From Octopus bimaculoides (taxonomy: Eukaryota): a stretch of 64,000 nucleotides of DNA. Made by a program: the position numbers and the translations under genes. The stretch spans positions 37,043,581 through 37,107,580 of the forward strand of contig NC_069001.1 in assembly GCF_001194135.2 (NCBI RefSeq), in the 5' to 3' direction. Below, in pieces: positions 25,863 to 38,280 of the stretch (position 1 is its first letter; each line of letters starts with the position of its first letter). Under the pieces are notes generated by a model. That model searched no databases, was not told the DNA's origin, and saw only the letters and a program-made list of their open reading frames with translations.

Positions 25863-25887
25863 GTCAATATCCGGTTGAACATGCGCA
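25863..25887 (-). promoter_or_regulatory. Conserved upstream element, copy 4 (ZF4)
   Basis: GTCAATATCCGGTTGAACATGCGCA. Confidence 0.7.
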
Positions 25888-26099
25888 ATCCGAATTGTCT
25901 TTTTAGCGAAGGAATTTGTAAGTGCGGTCACGGTATTATGTCTTGTTCAATGCTGTTAGGTCTTTGTAGATCATCTTTTAACGATATAGTATAGAAAGAT
26001 AGCAGGGTAACTCCGTTCGTAGGAGAGGTTAAGAAGTTAAAGGGAGAGGATGAAACATTGTAACTGAATAAATCGGGAAGTTAAAAGCACTTCTGAAAA

Positions 26100-26510
26100 A
26101 TATTACTCTTTTACTTGTTTCAGTCATTTGACTGCGGCCATGCTGGAGCACCGCCTTTAGTCGAGCAAATCGACCCCAGGACTTATTCTTTGTAAGCCTA
26201 GTACTTATTCTATCGGTCTCTTTTTGCCGAACCACTAAGTTACGGGGATGTAAACANNNNNNNNNNNNNNNNNNNNNNNNNNNNNNNNNNNNNNNNNNNN
26301 NNNNNNNNNNNNNNNNNNNNNNNNNNNNNNNNNNNNNNNNNNNNNNNNNNNNNNNNNNNNNNNNNNNNNNNNNNNNNNNNNNNNNNNNNNNNNNNNNNNN
26401 NNNNNNNNNNNNNNNNNNNNNGGGGGGGGGCAAACACATACATACACATATATGACAGGCTTCTTTCAGTTTCCGTCTACCAAATCCACTCACAAGGCTT
26501 TGGTCGGCCC
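26100..26510 (-). mobile_element. SINE spanning an assembly gap (N 26257-26421)
   Basis: cttgtttcagtcatttgactgcggccatgctggagcaccgcc...gacaggcttctttcagtttccgtctaccaaatccactcacaaggctttggtcggcc; shares its core with 24209-24365. Confidence 0.7.
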
Positions 26511-28513
26511 TGGATCTCTCTAATGCTTTTCTCTGTCTCGTGTTTCTTTATTTATAGCCATGTTTTGGCAGGAAAATCATGAAAAATTCCTCTCGAATTC
26601 ATATGATCAAATGATAGCGGCTGAACTATCATCAGCAGACAATTAGGCTGATGTTGCCTAATGTTTGTCTCCTATCTCTTGTTACTGGTGATCTTTCGTT
26701 ACGAGAACACACGACTGCTAGTTACAAACCACATGTGTTTATTTACCTTTGTGAAGATGATCGTCGATTTCCGTAAAATTATTTTATTTTTTCACATATG
26801 TGGTTGGGAGGGAAATGGGATCTTCTGAAGTCGGCGTGAAAGCGAAAGAGACAGAGAGAGCACGATTGTATGAGGGAAGAACTTTTGAAGTTGGCGTGAA
26901 TCGGAAGAATTGATGTTCGTGCGTGTGTGTGTTTGATGGTGTGTGCGAGACAGAAAGTGTGGTGTGTAAGTGAAGTGCTTTTGTTAGTGTGTGTGAAGAG
27001 ACAGAGAGAGTGATGTCCTTGCTGTGTGTGTGTGTGTCAGAGAGAGAGAGAGATCACTAAAAATCTTTTCACTTTTTGTAGTGAGTGAATGGTCGACCTG
27101 GTTGGGGAGGCACAAACCTGTGCCATCCCTGGAAGGACGATACACGACAACCTTCACCTTAGATCGGGTTAGTAAAGTTCCTGGCAAGGGTGGTGCACTG
27201 GTGAATTTGGACTGGTCTAAAATTTTCAGGGGTAGGTGAAGCTATGTGGAATGATAATTAAGTTGTAGGGATGGTTGTGATGGAGAAGTATTCTGAAAGA
27301 TTTTTATTGAATAAATTTAAGGTTGTATAATTATTTGGAATTCACTCCTGCAGGTAGAACTTTGTAATGAAAGTTCAGTCCATCATTTAAACCTTAGTAA
27401 ATTAGGTAAGGTTTTGTAGGTGGAAAGTTGGTCAGTAGATTTCTATACTTGTTGCTGGCTCTCACTTGGCTACTGTCAACTAACTGGCTATATCACATGT
27501 TCATACTATAGCCATCATTGTTATTATTTAATCAATTTATCCTATTTCTTATCACTCACTCACTGTTTGATAACCTCTTTACCTAGCATTTAATACCAAT
27601 TTCTGTCAGCAAATTATAATTTCAAAGCACACAATTAATGTAAACGTTTTTTTTGGTGAACTCTGCTATTTATGGTTGTCCAATCCAAACCATGCCAGTG
27701 CACTGAGAGAAGGGTGCATTGATGCTGGATTACAAACTATAACACCATGTATTCATATCCATACATGCAAATTAACATTGAATCATTAAATAAATATGAC
27801 AAAAATATAAATTTTACTGACAACAGAATCAGTCTTTTATTGGGATACGCAGATAATTAAAATTTCAACTAGAATATTTACTTGATACATGAATAAATGC
27901 ATAAGATTGAAATTATATACAAGATGCAATTATATTGTATCATGTATTATTACTTTTGCACAGGTGCTATATAGAATATATACGAAGAAGCTGGAACAGT
28001 ACTTTCAGGAGCAATATCAGTGTTAAGATATCTCACCAATGTAGATATCTGTTGTGATTGTACAAAACACAGTGTTAAGAGGTTTTTATTGAAGTATTGT
28101 TATCCGAGATGTTGAAGGCTTTATCAAACGGCTTCCCTGTGTGAATAAATTTCTGTGTATATATTTATGAACACAGAGCCACTTCTGAAGTTGAAAACAT
28201 TTACTCTTTTGCAAAAATATACACATTGTTATGTATTCTTTTGTTCTTGATGGGATAATAAACAACTCACTGAAGGCATTGTTATGATTCTACGTGTTTA
28301 TTTACTTGACATGTTTACAGATAGTATCTATAGCGGAGTGATACACACTGCGTATCTGCCTTAGACACAGTTCATACTGCTTAGTAGATGCGCTTAACAA
28401 AATAGTACTACTAGTGAGGATGTATTCATATATATATATACGTATACCTACGCATGCACATAGATATGAAAGTATAACACACATATATAGTTATGTGATA
28501 TTTATCACTAATA

Positions 28514-29629
28514 TCAATTACATAGTTTTTCTCCCGTATGAATACACTTGTGCCTAGCTAAGCTACCTGTGTGGGAGAATGATTTATTGCAGATAGCACA
28601 GTGGTATGGTTTCTCACCTGTATGAATGCGTTTGTGTCTAGTTGCATTACTACTTTTAGAAAAGGTTTTACCACAGATATCACAGCGATATGGCTTCTCA
28701 CCAGTATGAATACGTTTGTGTTTAGTTAAGTGACTTCTTTCAGAGAAAAATTTATCACAGACATCACAGGGAAATGGCTTCTGTCCTGTATGAATACGTT
28801 TGTGTTTTGCTAAGTTACCTGGATCAGATAATGATTTACCACAGATGTCACAGTGATATGGTTTCTCTCCAGTATGAATGTGTCTGTGGACAGTTAATTC
28901 CCCACTTGCAACAAATGCTTTACCACAGATATCACAGAGGTATGGCTTTTCTCCTGTATGAATGCGTTTATGGATAGTTAATTGACTATTTGCAGAGAAT
29001 GATTTACCACAGATATCACAGTGATATGGCTTCTCTCCTGTATGGATGCGTTTGTGACTGGTTAAGTGACTACTTCCAGTGAATGACTTACCACAGATAT
29101 CACAATGGTATGGTTTCTCTCCAGTATGAATGCGTGTGTGGGTAGTTAATTCACTACTTCCAGAGAATGATTTACCACAAATATCACAGTGATATGGTTT
29201 CTCTCCAGTATGAATGCGTTTGTGGATAGTTAAGGCATTTCTATGAGAGAATAATTTCCTACAGATATCACATTGGTATGGTTTCTCTCCTGTATGGGTA
29301 CGTATGTGAGTAGTCAAGTCACTACTTCGATAGAATGATTTGCTACAAATATCACAGTGATGTGGTTTCTCCCCAGTATGAATACGTTTGTGTTTAGTTA
29401 AGACACTTTCTTCAAAGAAAGATTTACTACAAATATCACAATGATATGGTCTCTCTCCTGTATGAAAGCATTTGTGAGCAATAAGGTTACTATTTTGAGA
29501 GAATGATTTACCACACATATCACAGTGATATGATGTTTTCCCCCTGTCTTTCAGCATTTCCTCACAAAAATCCATAGTTTCAGACTCTGTTTTGCATTTA
29601 ACCTGGCTGTTTTGCAATTCATTTTCCAT
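28514..29629 (-). CDS. ZF5: C2H2 zinc-finger protein, 12 fingers (ATG at 29629; the ORF track starts at an upstream TTG)
   Basis: Leader [17 protein letters not shown] and an intact array. Confidence 0.92.
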   Translation of the reverse strand: MENELQNSQVKCKTESETMDFCEEMLKDRGKTSYHCDMCGKSFSQNSNLIAHKCFHTGERPYHCDICSKSFFEESVLTKHKRIHTGEKPHHCDICSKSFYRSSDLTTHIRTHTGEKPYQCDICRKLFSHRNALTIHKRIHTGEKPYHCDICGKSFSGSSELTTHTRIHTGEKPYHCDICGKSFTGSSHLTSHKRIHTGEKPYHCDICGKSFSANSQLTIHKRIHTGEKPYLCDICGKAFVASGELTVHRHIHTGEKPYHCDICGKSLSDPGNLAKHKRIHTGQKPFPCDVCDKFFSERSHLTKHKRIHTGEKPYRCDICGKTFSKSSNATRHKRIHTGEKPYHCAICNKSFSHTGSLARHKCIHTGEKLCN

Positions 29630-30052
29630 AGTTACTTTCCCTTTGACACTTCTGTTATATTTCAAACAACTGTGATCTTCCTCGATACATCACTATATCA
29701 CAAATTTCAAATATGTGTCAAATTCTTCTGAGGATGCCAAATTACCTTGTCACATTCTGAAATAATGGAGAAAGAGTGTAAGACATAGGGATTACTTAAA
29801 AGCAGAGAATCAACAGTTGAAAATTTTCTACAGTGAGCAGGAAGTAATTAAGTTGGTTATAGAGGCAGTAGAAGTTGCTTCAAGGGTCAGAAATGTGAGC
29901 CCTGGTGGGTAGTTACTGATTGGAAACAAGATATGGCTCGGTGGAACCGAAATGAAACCAGAAGTGATGACAGTGACATCCCGTAATTGCAATTCAACAC
30001 TATAGGACATACCAATGCAGCCAATACATAAACATACATATATTTAATAGCC

Positions 30053-30098
<46 letters not shown>

Positions 30099-30214
30099 TT
30101 AAAGAATGGAATAAACGCATATTATAACTGCATAATGTGCTACCCTGGTATCTATTAACCAATTTATTTTATCCGAGTTATTTATTACTAGGAGAAAATA
30201 AAGACATATAATAA

Positions 30215-30250
<36 letters not shown>

Positions 30251-30696
30251 CAAGATGGAAACAATCACATTTACGAGAAAATATAAGCCATTGATGTACG
30301 AAATGAGATTCATAATTTTTTCTCAGTCTCTAAATTTGTTTCGTCATCATGTGGATCAACAAAATTGAATGGTTCACAACTTCATAATAGAAGTTGCCGA
30401 GATCCACATAAGAAACCCACCCATCGGATATCAAACGTGTTTTATAAAATTTTGGTATATCACTTGTCACTTCCGGTTTCTATCGCAATTTTACTTTCAT
30501 TTTTTACGGACAACTTACTTTCACTATTTTACGATGATAAACGGCCTTTTAAGCAAATACAGATGTAAAATCTGACCTGAACCATTCAAATTTTACTTCT
30601 TGATTTAAAATTACATCATACAACCCTGTTTGAAATGAGCATATTTACAGACTACAACTTTAGATTGTGTAACATTACACATGTGTTAAACTATAG

Positions 30697-30868
30697 CAGG
30701 GGTCCCTCAACTTTTTACACCATCGACCCCTTCAAAGAATCCTTAACTCTTCATCGACCCCCAGGCATGTACAAGATAATAAAATTGATGTGCTGCTATG
30801 CATATATTGACCCCTTGAATAGTCCCACCGACCCCAGGGGTCGATATCGAACACTTTAGAGATACCTG
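30697..30868. mobile_element. hAT-like MITE (172 bp) with a near-perfect 8-bp TSD
   Basis: CAGGGGTCCCTCAAC...TTTAGAGATACCTG termini; AACTATAG before and AACTATAA after. Confidence 0.7.
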
Positions 30869-31305
30869 AACTATAAAATAGTGGATGTTAACATTCTTCT
30901 GAGTCCAGAGAGGTCACTGATTGTCATAGAGTCACCGGTAAAATGTGATTAAACCCACGTTTAAAGGGGTGCAACGAATTTGATGACATCAAACAAAACG
31001 AAACATAATATCAATGAAAGATGGGGGAAAAACAGGAGGAAATCAAGAGGTCAACATGAACAAAAGATACTCTAAGTATGAATTACAACAAATTTTTTGA
31101 GGAAATCGATGACAGTGGGAATGTGTTAACCTGAATGCAGAACTAGTACTACATGAATAATGCAATATAATAGGTATATGTAAATATTACAGTACAGTAA
31201 ATAAATAGGATTACTTTACCGTGATTCAGCTAACAAAAATATTCTTTGCATGGTTGAGATTGGAATAAAAATATTGTTTAGCTGTCAATCGGAGTGATGC
31301 TTTCT

Positions 31306-31330
31306 GTCAATATCCGGTTGAACATGCGCA
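31306..31330 (-). promoter_or_regulatory. Conserved upstream element, copy 5 (ZF5)
   Basis: GTCAATATCCGGTTGAACATGCGCA. Confidence 0.7.
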
Positions 31331-32350
31331 CGCATGGCGAACGAACTTTTTTGCCGGTTGAGCAGGATACAAGCGGGGCTTGTCTGTGTCCAATAACCAT
31401 TCTTCCATTCCGTTATCGATGTGGGCGAGCGCGCGTGTATATCTATCTATCTGTGTGTTTCTATTTAGCATGCAGTTTAGTGTTGTAAAAAAGTGAAAGT
31501 AAACTTTGACGCCTGTGTCATACCACAATTTCGTGAACACAGGCACCCGGTTGTGTGATATATTGTAGTGGTAGTACAGGCATTTCGGAAGTAGCAGTTG
31601 AGGTACACTGCTGTAATGTCGTATACCCAACAGCACCAGAGAAAATCTTCACGGAGGCGTTTGTTATCTTATGGGTGGGCTTCCTGGAGTGAGTTCATAT
31701 ATAGTTGTAAAGCTCTGAAACATTCCTCAATTTTTGTTCATCCAATGATGGGAGAATCCATACGCAAACGGTTGAAGGGCGGCGAATGCTACACACACAC
31801 ACACACACATAGTGCACAGGCATCGTACAATCTGCCCTAAGTTTTGAATTAAAATCTTCCACCAAACCTTAGTCACAATTTATGTTCCTTAAACTAGCTG
31901 AATGATAACTAAGTTATTTTACTAAATTCTTTATTATATTTGCAGTAACTGAAAGAAACACAGAGCATCTCAAAATAAATACAGTAACAAAAGGGTTAAT
32001 TAATTTTTTATTTCACTTCCTTCCTAATGGTGTTACTCTGTTATCTTTCTGTTCTGGAATTATGTTAGATGGAATACAAGTTACTATTCTGAAACAAAGT
32101 AATTATTTACAACATCACAGTAATATGTTATCTCAGTAAAGTAGCTACAGTTACGGTTATATTATATATAGTGTTAAAAAGTTATCACACAATTGTCTTT
32201 CCACTGAGAATACTTTTGTGGTGATAGGAAAAGTATCATTTATAGTAGAATTTGACACTGATCGGTTTATACCTGTAGAAATGCAGATATTTGTAGTGAA
32301 GTGACATTCTTTGAGAAACTGATTTACTACCCATATCAGTTATAAGGCTT

Positions 32351-32999
32351 GGATCTTGTTCAAAACGGGGGCAGCAGTATTTTCTTAACGAAACACTTTG
32401 AAACTTGGGACACTGGTAGAATGTGTCATATAAAACATCTTTTTCTCTTAGTCTTCTTAACAAAAGAAAACGTACATCGCAAGTTATTTCATGTTAAAAT
32501 TGTCGTATTTCTGTAATTTCAACCAATCACTGACGTCTATTCAGCTGTATACATTAAGTGCTGACTACGTAAACAAACGATTCTCGCGGTGATAAAATTA
32601 TTTCCTTGTCAAAAAATGGCTGAAGCATATTGGCAGTAGCTAATAAACCTTTCTATTATAGGCACAAGGCATGGTTTTTGAGGGAAGGAGCAAGTGGGTT
32701 AGGGAAAACGAACACACGTGTGTTGTCTCTGCAAAATGTCAGAAGTAATGGAGATTAAATACGCTTTACACCGCTTAAACTGCCAAAGGAGTAAGTATAA
32801 ACAGCTGAATACTTGTCAGTGATTGGTTGAAATTATCGAAATAAGACAATTTTTTACATGAAATAAATTCGAATACAAAAATTATTTTCTGTTCTATAAC
32901 ACAAAATAGATAAGTATACGAAGTTTGAAAGTCTTTCGGTACCAAAAACACTACATAAAACATAAATGAAAACTGGTGCCCCCGTTTTGAACAAGATCC
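32351..32999. mobile_element. 649-bp non-autonomous DNA transposon with 28-bp GG-ended TIRs and a perfect 8-bp TSD, inserted in the ZF6 3' linker
   Basis: GGATCTTGTTCAAAACGGGGGCA[G/C]CAGT at both ends, inverted. TAAGGCTT at 32343-32350 and 33000-33007. Internal ~70-bp inverted repeats at ~32482-32550 / 32795-32870. Confidence 0.88.
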
Positions 33000-34771
33000 T
33001 AAGGCTTTTCTCTTGTATGAAGATCCTTGTGTCTAGAGAAGCTGCCAGTGTCAGATAGTGATTTGCCACAGATATCACAAAGATAAGGCTTCTCTCCTGT
33101 ATGAATACGTTTGTGCTTATTTAAGTCACTACTTTGAGAGAATGATTTATCACAGATATCACAATGATATGGCTTCTCTCCCGTATGTACACGAATGTGA
33201 GTTGTCAAGTAACTACTTCTAGAGAAGGATTTACCACAGATGTCACAGTTATATGGTTTTTCTCCTGTATGAACTCGTTTGTGTCTAGTTAAATCGCCAT
33301 TCTGAGAGAATGAATTGCCACAAATATCACAGTGATATGGTTTCTCCCCCGTATGAATGCGTTTGTGTCTAGTTAGGAAACTTCCTTCAGAGAAAGATTT
33401 ACCGCAGATATCACAGTGATATGGTTCCTCTCCTGTATGAATTCGTTTGTGTCTTGTTAACTCACTACTTTGAGAATATGATTTACCACAAATATCGCAG
33501 TGATATGGTTTCTCTCCTGTATGAATACGTTTGTGTTTAGTTAAATCCCCATTTCGAGAGAATGATTTACCACATATATCACAACAAAATGGCTTCTCTC
33601 CTGTATGAGTCCGTCCATGCCTAGTAAAGTCACTACTTCCAGAAAAGGATTTACCACAGATATCACAATGATATGGTTTCTCCCTTGAATATTCTTCAGC
33701 AGTTGATTTACCTGAGTGTAACAATGATTTACCACAGATATCAGTACAATTCTGCTTGTCTCCAGTATGAATGCGTTTGTGTTTAGTCACTTCTGAATTT
33801 TGAGAAAATGATTTACCACAGATATTACAGTGAAATGGTTTTTCTCCTGTATGAATACGTTTATGTCGAGTTAACTCACTACTTTCAGAGAATGATTTGC
33901 TACAGATATCACAACAATATGGCTTCTCTCCTGTATGAATTCGTGTGTGTTTAGTTAAATCTCCAGTTTGAGAGAATGATTTACCACATATCTCACAGTG
34001 ATATGGCTTCTCTCCTGTATGAATACGTTTATGCTTAGACAAGTCTCCATTTCGAGAGAATGATTTACCACAGATATCACAGTGATAAGGCCTCTCTCCC
34101 GTATGAATGCGTTTGTGTTTAGGTAAGTTAGATTTTCGAGAGAATAATTTACCACAGATATCACAGTGATATGGCTTCTCTCCTGTATGAATACGTTTGT
34201 GACAAGTTAAGTTACCACTATGGGAAAATGATTTACCACAGATATCACAGTGATATGGTTTCTCTCCTGTATGAATAAGTTTGTGCTTATCTAAGACATA
34301 TGGATTTGAGAAGGATTTATTGCAGATGTTACAGCAATATGGCTTCTCTCCTGTATGAATGCTTTTGTGAAAAGTTAAGCGATTTCTTTGAGAAAATGAT
34401 TTATCACAGATGTCACAGTGATATGGCTTCTCTCCAGTATGAATACGTTTGTGAGCACTTAATGCAGTACTCTGGGAGAATGATTTCACACACACATCAC
34501 ACTGATATACTTTTATTCCTGTATGAATGCGTTTGTGAATAGTTAAGACATTTGTATGGGAAAATGATTTACCACAGATATTACAGTGATATGGTTTTTC
34601 TCCACTATGTTTTCTTTTGTGAGTAAGGATACTTTTTTGAGAGAATGACCTCTTAAAGATATCACACTTGTATGATGTTTTTTGTATCTCTTCCGTCATC
34701 TCATCAGCAAAATTATTTGTTTGTGGCTCAGTTTTAATCCCAATTGGTTCTTCATAGAATTTACTCTCCAT
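32999..34771 (-). CDS. ZF6: C2H2 zinc-finger protein, 590 aa, ~18 intact fingers plus 2 degenerate
   Basis: Leader [16 protein letters not shown]; the stop codon overlaps the transposon terminus. Confidence 0.92.
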   Translation of the reverse strand: MESKFYEEPIGIKTEPQTNNFADEMTEEIQKTSYKCDIFKRSFSQKSILTHKRKHSGEKPYHCNICGKSFSHTNVLTIHKRIHTGIKVYQCDVCVKSFSQSTALSAHKRIHTGEKPYHCDICDKSFSQRNRLTFHKSIHTGEKPYCCNICNKSFSNPYVLDKHKLIHTGEKPYHCDICGKSFSHSGNLTCHKRIHTGEKPYHCDICGKLFSRKSNLPKHKRIHTGERPYHCDICGKSFSRNGDLSKHKRIHTGEKPYHCEICGKSFSQTGDLTKHTRIHTGEKPYCCDICSKSFSESSELTRHKRIHTGEKPFHCNICGKSFSQNSEVTKHKRIHTGDKQNCTDICGKSLLHSGKSTAEEYSREKPYHCDICGKSFSGSSDFTRHGRTHTGEKPFCCDICGKSFSRNGDLTKHKRIHTGEKPYHCDICGKSYSQSSELTRHKRIHTGEEPYHCDICGKSFSEGSFLTRHKRIHTGEKPYHCDICGNSFSQNGDLTRHKRVHTGEKPYNCDICGKSFSRSSYLTTHIRVHTGEKPYHCDICDKSFSQSSDLNKHKRIHTGEKPYLCDICGKSLSDTGSFSRHKDLHTREKP

Positions 34772-35624
34772 AGTTATTATTCCTTTAGCACTGCTTTAGT
34801 TTATATTTCCATCAACTGTAAATCGTTTTTTAAGAATGAAGATACCACAAACTCTTTGTAGATGTTTCCAAGTTTATTCCAGACAGTGAAGTAGAATTTT
34901 GCTGATAATCTCAGTTCACAAGGAATATTTCACACCAATTCAAACATAGATTTATACACACAGGTTGTATCTGGAGAGCCCAATATCTTCCTCCAGTCTT
35001 TAAAAGTTGATAAATATTGTCCATACATCGGATATTTCTGAAATAATAGAGAAACAATTTAAGTGAAAGAGGATATTTAAAAGTAGGCACAGCATTGGAA
35101 AATTTACTACATTTCTAAATTGATAAACTGGAGATATAAACATTTATATGGACAATCGAGGTTTACTTGAAATATACATATTTTCAAACTACAGTTACAT
35201 CCTAAGGCTGTGTAATATGTCAACTTAAAGAAAGTAGTTGTAGACAGACGAAAGTAAAGCCTTATCAAGGCCCGTAACTCTCAAATGATGACACCACTAG
35301 CAATAATAAACAACGATTTCACTGAAAATATATCACAACACCTTCTGATTCTCTAACACACACACATATATATATATATACGGCGATCTTTATGTATATA
35401 CACTCGCACATATATATAAGCAGCCCAACAGCAGTTCGTAACATTCTGTTCTGTTGTTTTTTTTATAGCCCTAGGTCAGTCCTGGCTGAGCAGACTTGTG
35501 ACCAAATATTGTTTTTAGGGGAGTCACGAATTTTATGACAAAACATTAACCAAAGAAACAATACAATGATAAAAAAAAAAAAACACCGATAATATCAAGA
35601 AATCAGCGACAAAAAATACCTAAT

Positions 35625-35750
35625 ATAAATCCTTTCAAGAAAGCTTGAAACTTTGGGAAGGGAGCTAGTCGATTCCAGCGACCCACTACTCGACTTGTAC
35701 TTAATTTATCGACCCCGTAAAGATGAAAGGCGGGGTCGGCCTCGGCTGAA
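35625..35750 (-). mobile_element. tRNA-derived SINE fragment
   Basis: gggaagggagctagtcgatt...gtacttaatttatcgacccc..aaagatgaaaggcggggtcggcctcggc; same family as 808-1135. Confidence 0.6.
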
Positions 35751-36072
35751 TTACCTGGTACACCTCGTATAAATAACAATGTCAGGAAGACTGATCGCGG
35801 ACAAATGTATTACTGAAGCGATAATTAGTGTTTATATATATATATATTTATTTGTTATAATGTTATATATATATAACATTATAAAATATATATATAATAT
35901 GATGTATAAATATGATTACCTGGCACTGTCATGGTATTAGCTGTCAGAAGTGAAGGAAGACAGTGCCGATTACCTTTCTATCAGCATCTATCTCACGCGA
36001 AATGATTTCTTTACAAATATGTAATTTAATTATGCGTATAATTACAGTAATCTTCGGCTTAAAGTGTCTGTA

Positions 36073-36097
36073 GTCAATATCCGGTTGAACATGCGCA
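36073..36097 (-). promoter_or_regulatory. Conserved upstream element, copy 6 (ZF6)
   Basis: GTCAATATCCGGTTGAACATGCGCA. Confidence 0.7.
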
Positions 36098-37399
36098 TAT
36101 TCAACCAGAAATTCACTTTGGACAACCAACAAGCACCACAGTAACGAAAACAATATTCTGTCAAAGACATCGATCACATACTTGTAGGCTGTTTGTGTGT
36201 CTGACTCAGGCAGAATTAGGAGAGAAAAAAAAAAAGGCAATCTCTCGTTTTTGGTCTCAAACTTGCGATGATTGCTTGTGAATTTCTGTAAAATGTTTTA
36301 TTTATTTAGTTTTGTTTTCATGACATGTAGAAGGCGACATTAGCTTTGAAGTCTGAGAGAAATGAAACAAACGCTATCGCCCCCACCCCCGCTGTTTTCA
36401 TGTTGATGACTTGAACAGTGAAACATTCGCACAATGTGTTTATATGTATTTATGTATATACCAAAGATAATGGTTGTGCGTGCGCATGAGCGTGTTCAGC
36501 TCTATGTATTTGTATTCACTCACACTCGCACAATGAATATATGTACGTGTGTATGAAAGATAATGGTTGTACGTGTGTGTTTCTGTTCTGTTTTCAATTA
36601 TTTAAATTCTTCCTCTGAATCAGAAGCTGATTTCTAACAAATATACAAAGCAGGATCGTTGGAAAGAACATAATAAAACCAATGTCGCATTTTAAACTTG
36701 AGAAAAGCCTTGAAAACTTATAATGTGCAAGTTATGTATGTGTGCGTGTGTGTGTGTACATGTATATGTTTTGTGCATCTCTGTGTATGTGGCCAGGGTT
36801 CGTTCTTACCTACTTAATCTATGTAAAATCCGGAAACTTTGCTGCGTATGTAAAATCCAGGTTAGCATGCACTTTTCTGTTTTAAAACAGTTTAAGTAAA
36901 TTTACGAAACGAAATCAATGTCGAAAAAGCCGTATTAATGATAACAGACGATTTATTATTATGATTTGTTTGGAATAAAATGTCATTGTTTGTGTGGTAG
37001 TAATTTTTTCTTTCTTTTGGTTCAAACTCTTGGTTTAGTTAAAAAACAAAACAAAACATTAAACAAAATTTGGCTGCCACTTTTCAATTTTTGTTTCAAT
37101 TGATTTCATAATGTGAAAATGTGTGTGTATAGACACAAGGTGTACAAGATATTTGAGGACAGATGGATGTTTATAAAAAAAACAGCTATATAATAACAGA
37201 TAATAACTTTATTTATCAAAATATACTCTGAGGTTAAAAATAAACCTTCTTTTCTATAATGTTATTCAATAAAGTCACCTTCAGCTTCAACAACTGCTTC
37301 TATATGAGATCTAAATCATCTACATGTTAATAAATAGTATATTATCTCAGACAGTGGTAGTTATCCATGTTTCAACAAAATAATGTTGCAATGATAATT

Positions 37400-38280
37400 C
37401 ATCGCAAATGTCAGTTATATTTTGATGTGTATGAATATATTTGTCTCTTTAAGCTACCTGTTTAAGAGAATGATTAACCACAAACATCAGTGTTCCTCTT
37501 TTGTATAGATATGTTTGTGTTTAGTTAACTTAATTGAGTTTGAAAATTTGTTAGATATCACAATTGACATGTATTACCCACCTTATGAATGCAATTATAT
37601 TTAGTAAAAATGACTTTGATGAGAGAATAATTTACTACAGATATTACAGTGATATGGCTTGTCTCTTGTATGAAAACGTTGTAAGACGTTTTTATGATAG
37701 AAAGTATCTCAAGTATGACAGTGATATGATTTCTGTCATACATGAATGTTTGTGAGTAGTTAAGATAACAATCTGTGACAATGATTTACCACATCCCACT
37801 GTGATATGGCTTCTTTTCTATTTGTGAATGATTAAAGTATTTTTACTCGAGAAGGATTTGCCACAGGTTTCACATGTGGCTTTTCTCCTGTGTAGTTATG
37901 TTTGTGTTTAGTTGAATGACCTGGGTTTAAATATGATTTGCCTCAGACACCACTGAGACAAGGTTTCTCTCTGTATGAATGTGCTTATGTGTTTTTAAGT
38001 TACCTGCTTGAGAGAATGATTTACCACACACATCACACTGATATGGCTTCTCACCTGTATGAATACGGCTGTGCACAGTTAAAGCATTTCTATAAGAGAA
38101 TGATTTATCACAGATCTCACACTGATATGGCTTTTCTCTTCTGTGGATATGTTTGTGTTTAGTTAACTGACTTCTGTTAGAGAAGGGTTTCCCACAGATA
38201 TTGCAGTTATATGACCTATCAACTGTATGCACACATTTGTATCTAGTTAAGACTTTTTGAGAGAATGATTTACCAGACAT
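37400..38280 (-). pseudogene. Frameshifted and decayed 3' continuation of the ZF7 finger array
   Basis: ORF 37927-38280 carries 3 intact fingers (NRSQL, YRNAL, QAGNL) out of frame with ZF7; broken finger-like sequence continues to ~37400. Confidence 0.8.

Noticed and set aside
33541-34164. Same-strand alternative-frame ORFs ([11 protein letters not shown] type; also 17605, 57641)
   Set aside because: Off-frame translations of the finger repeats.
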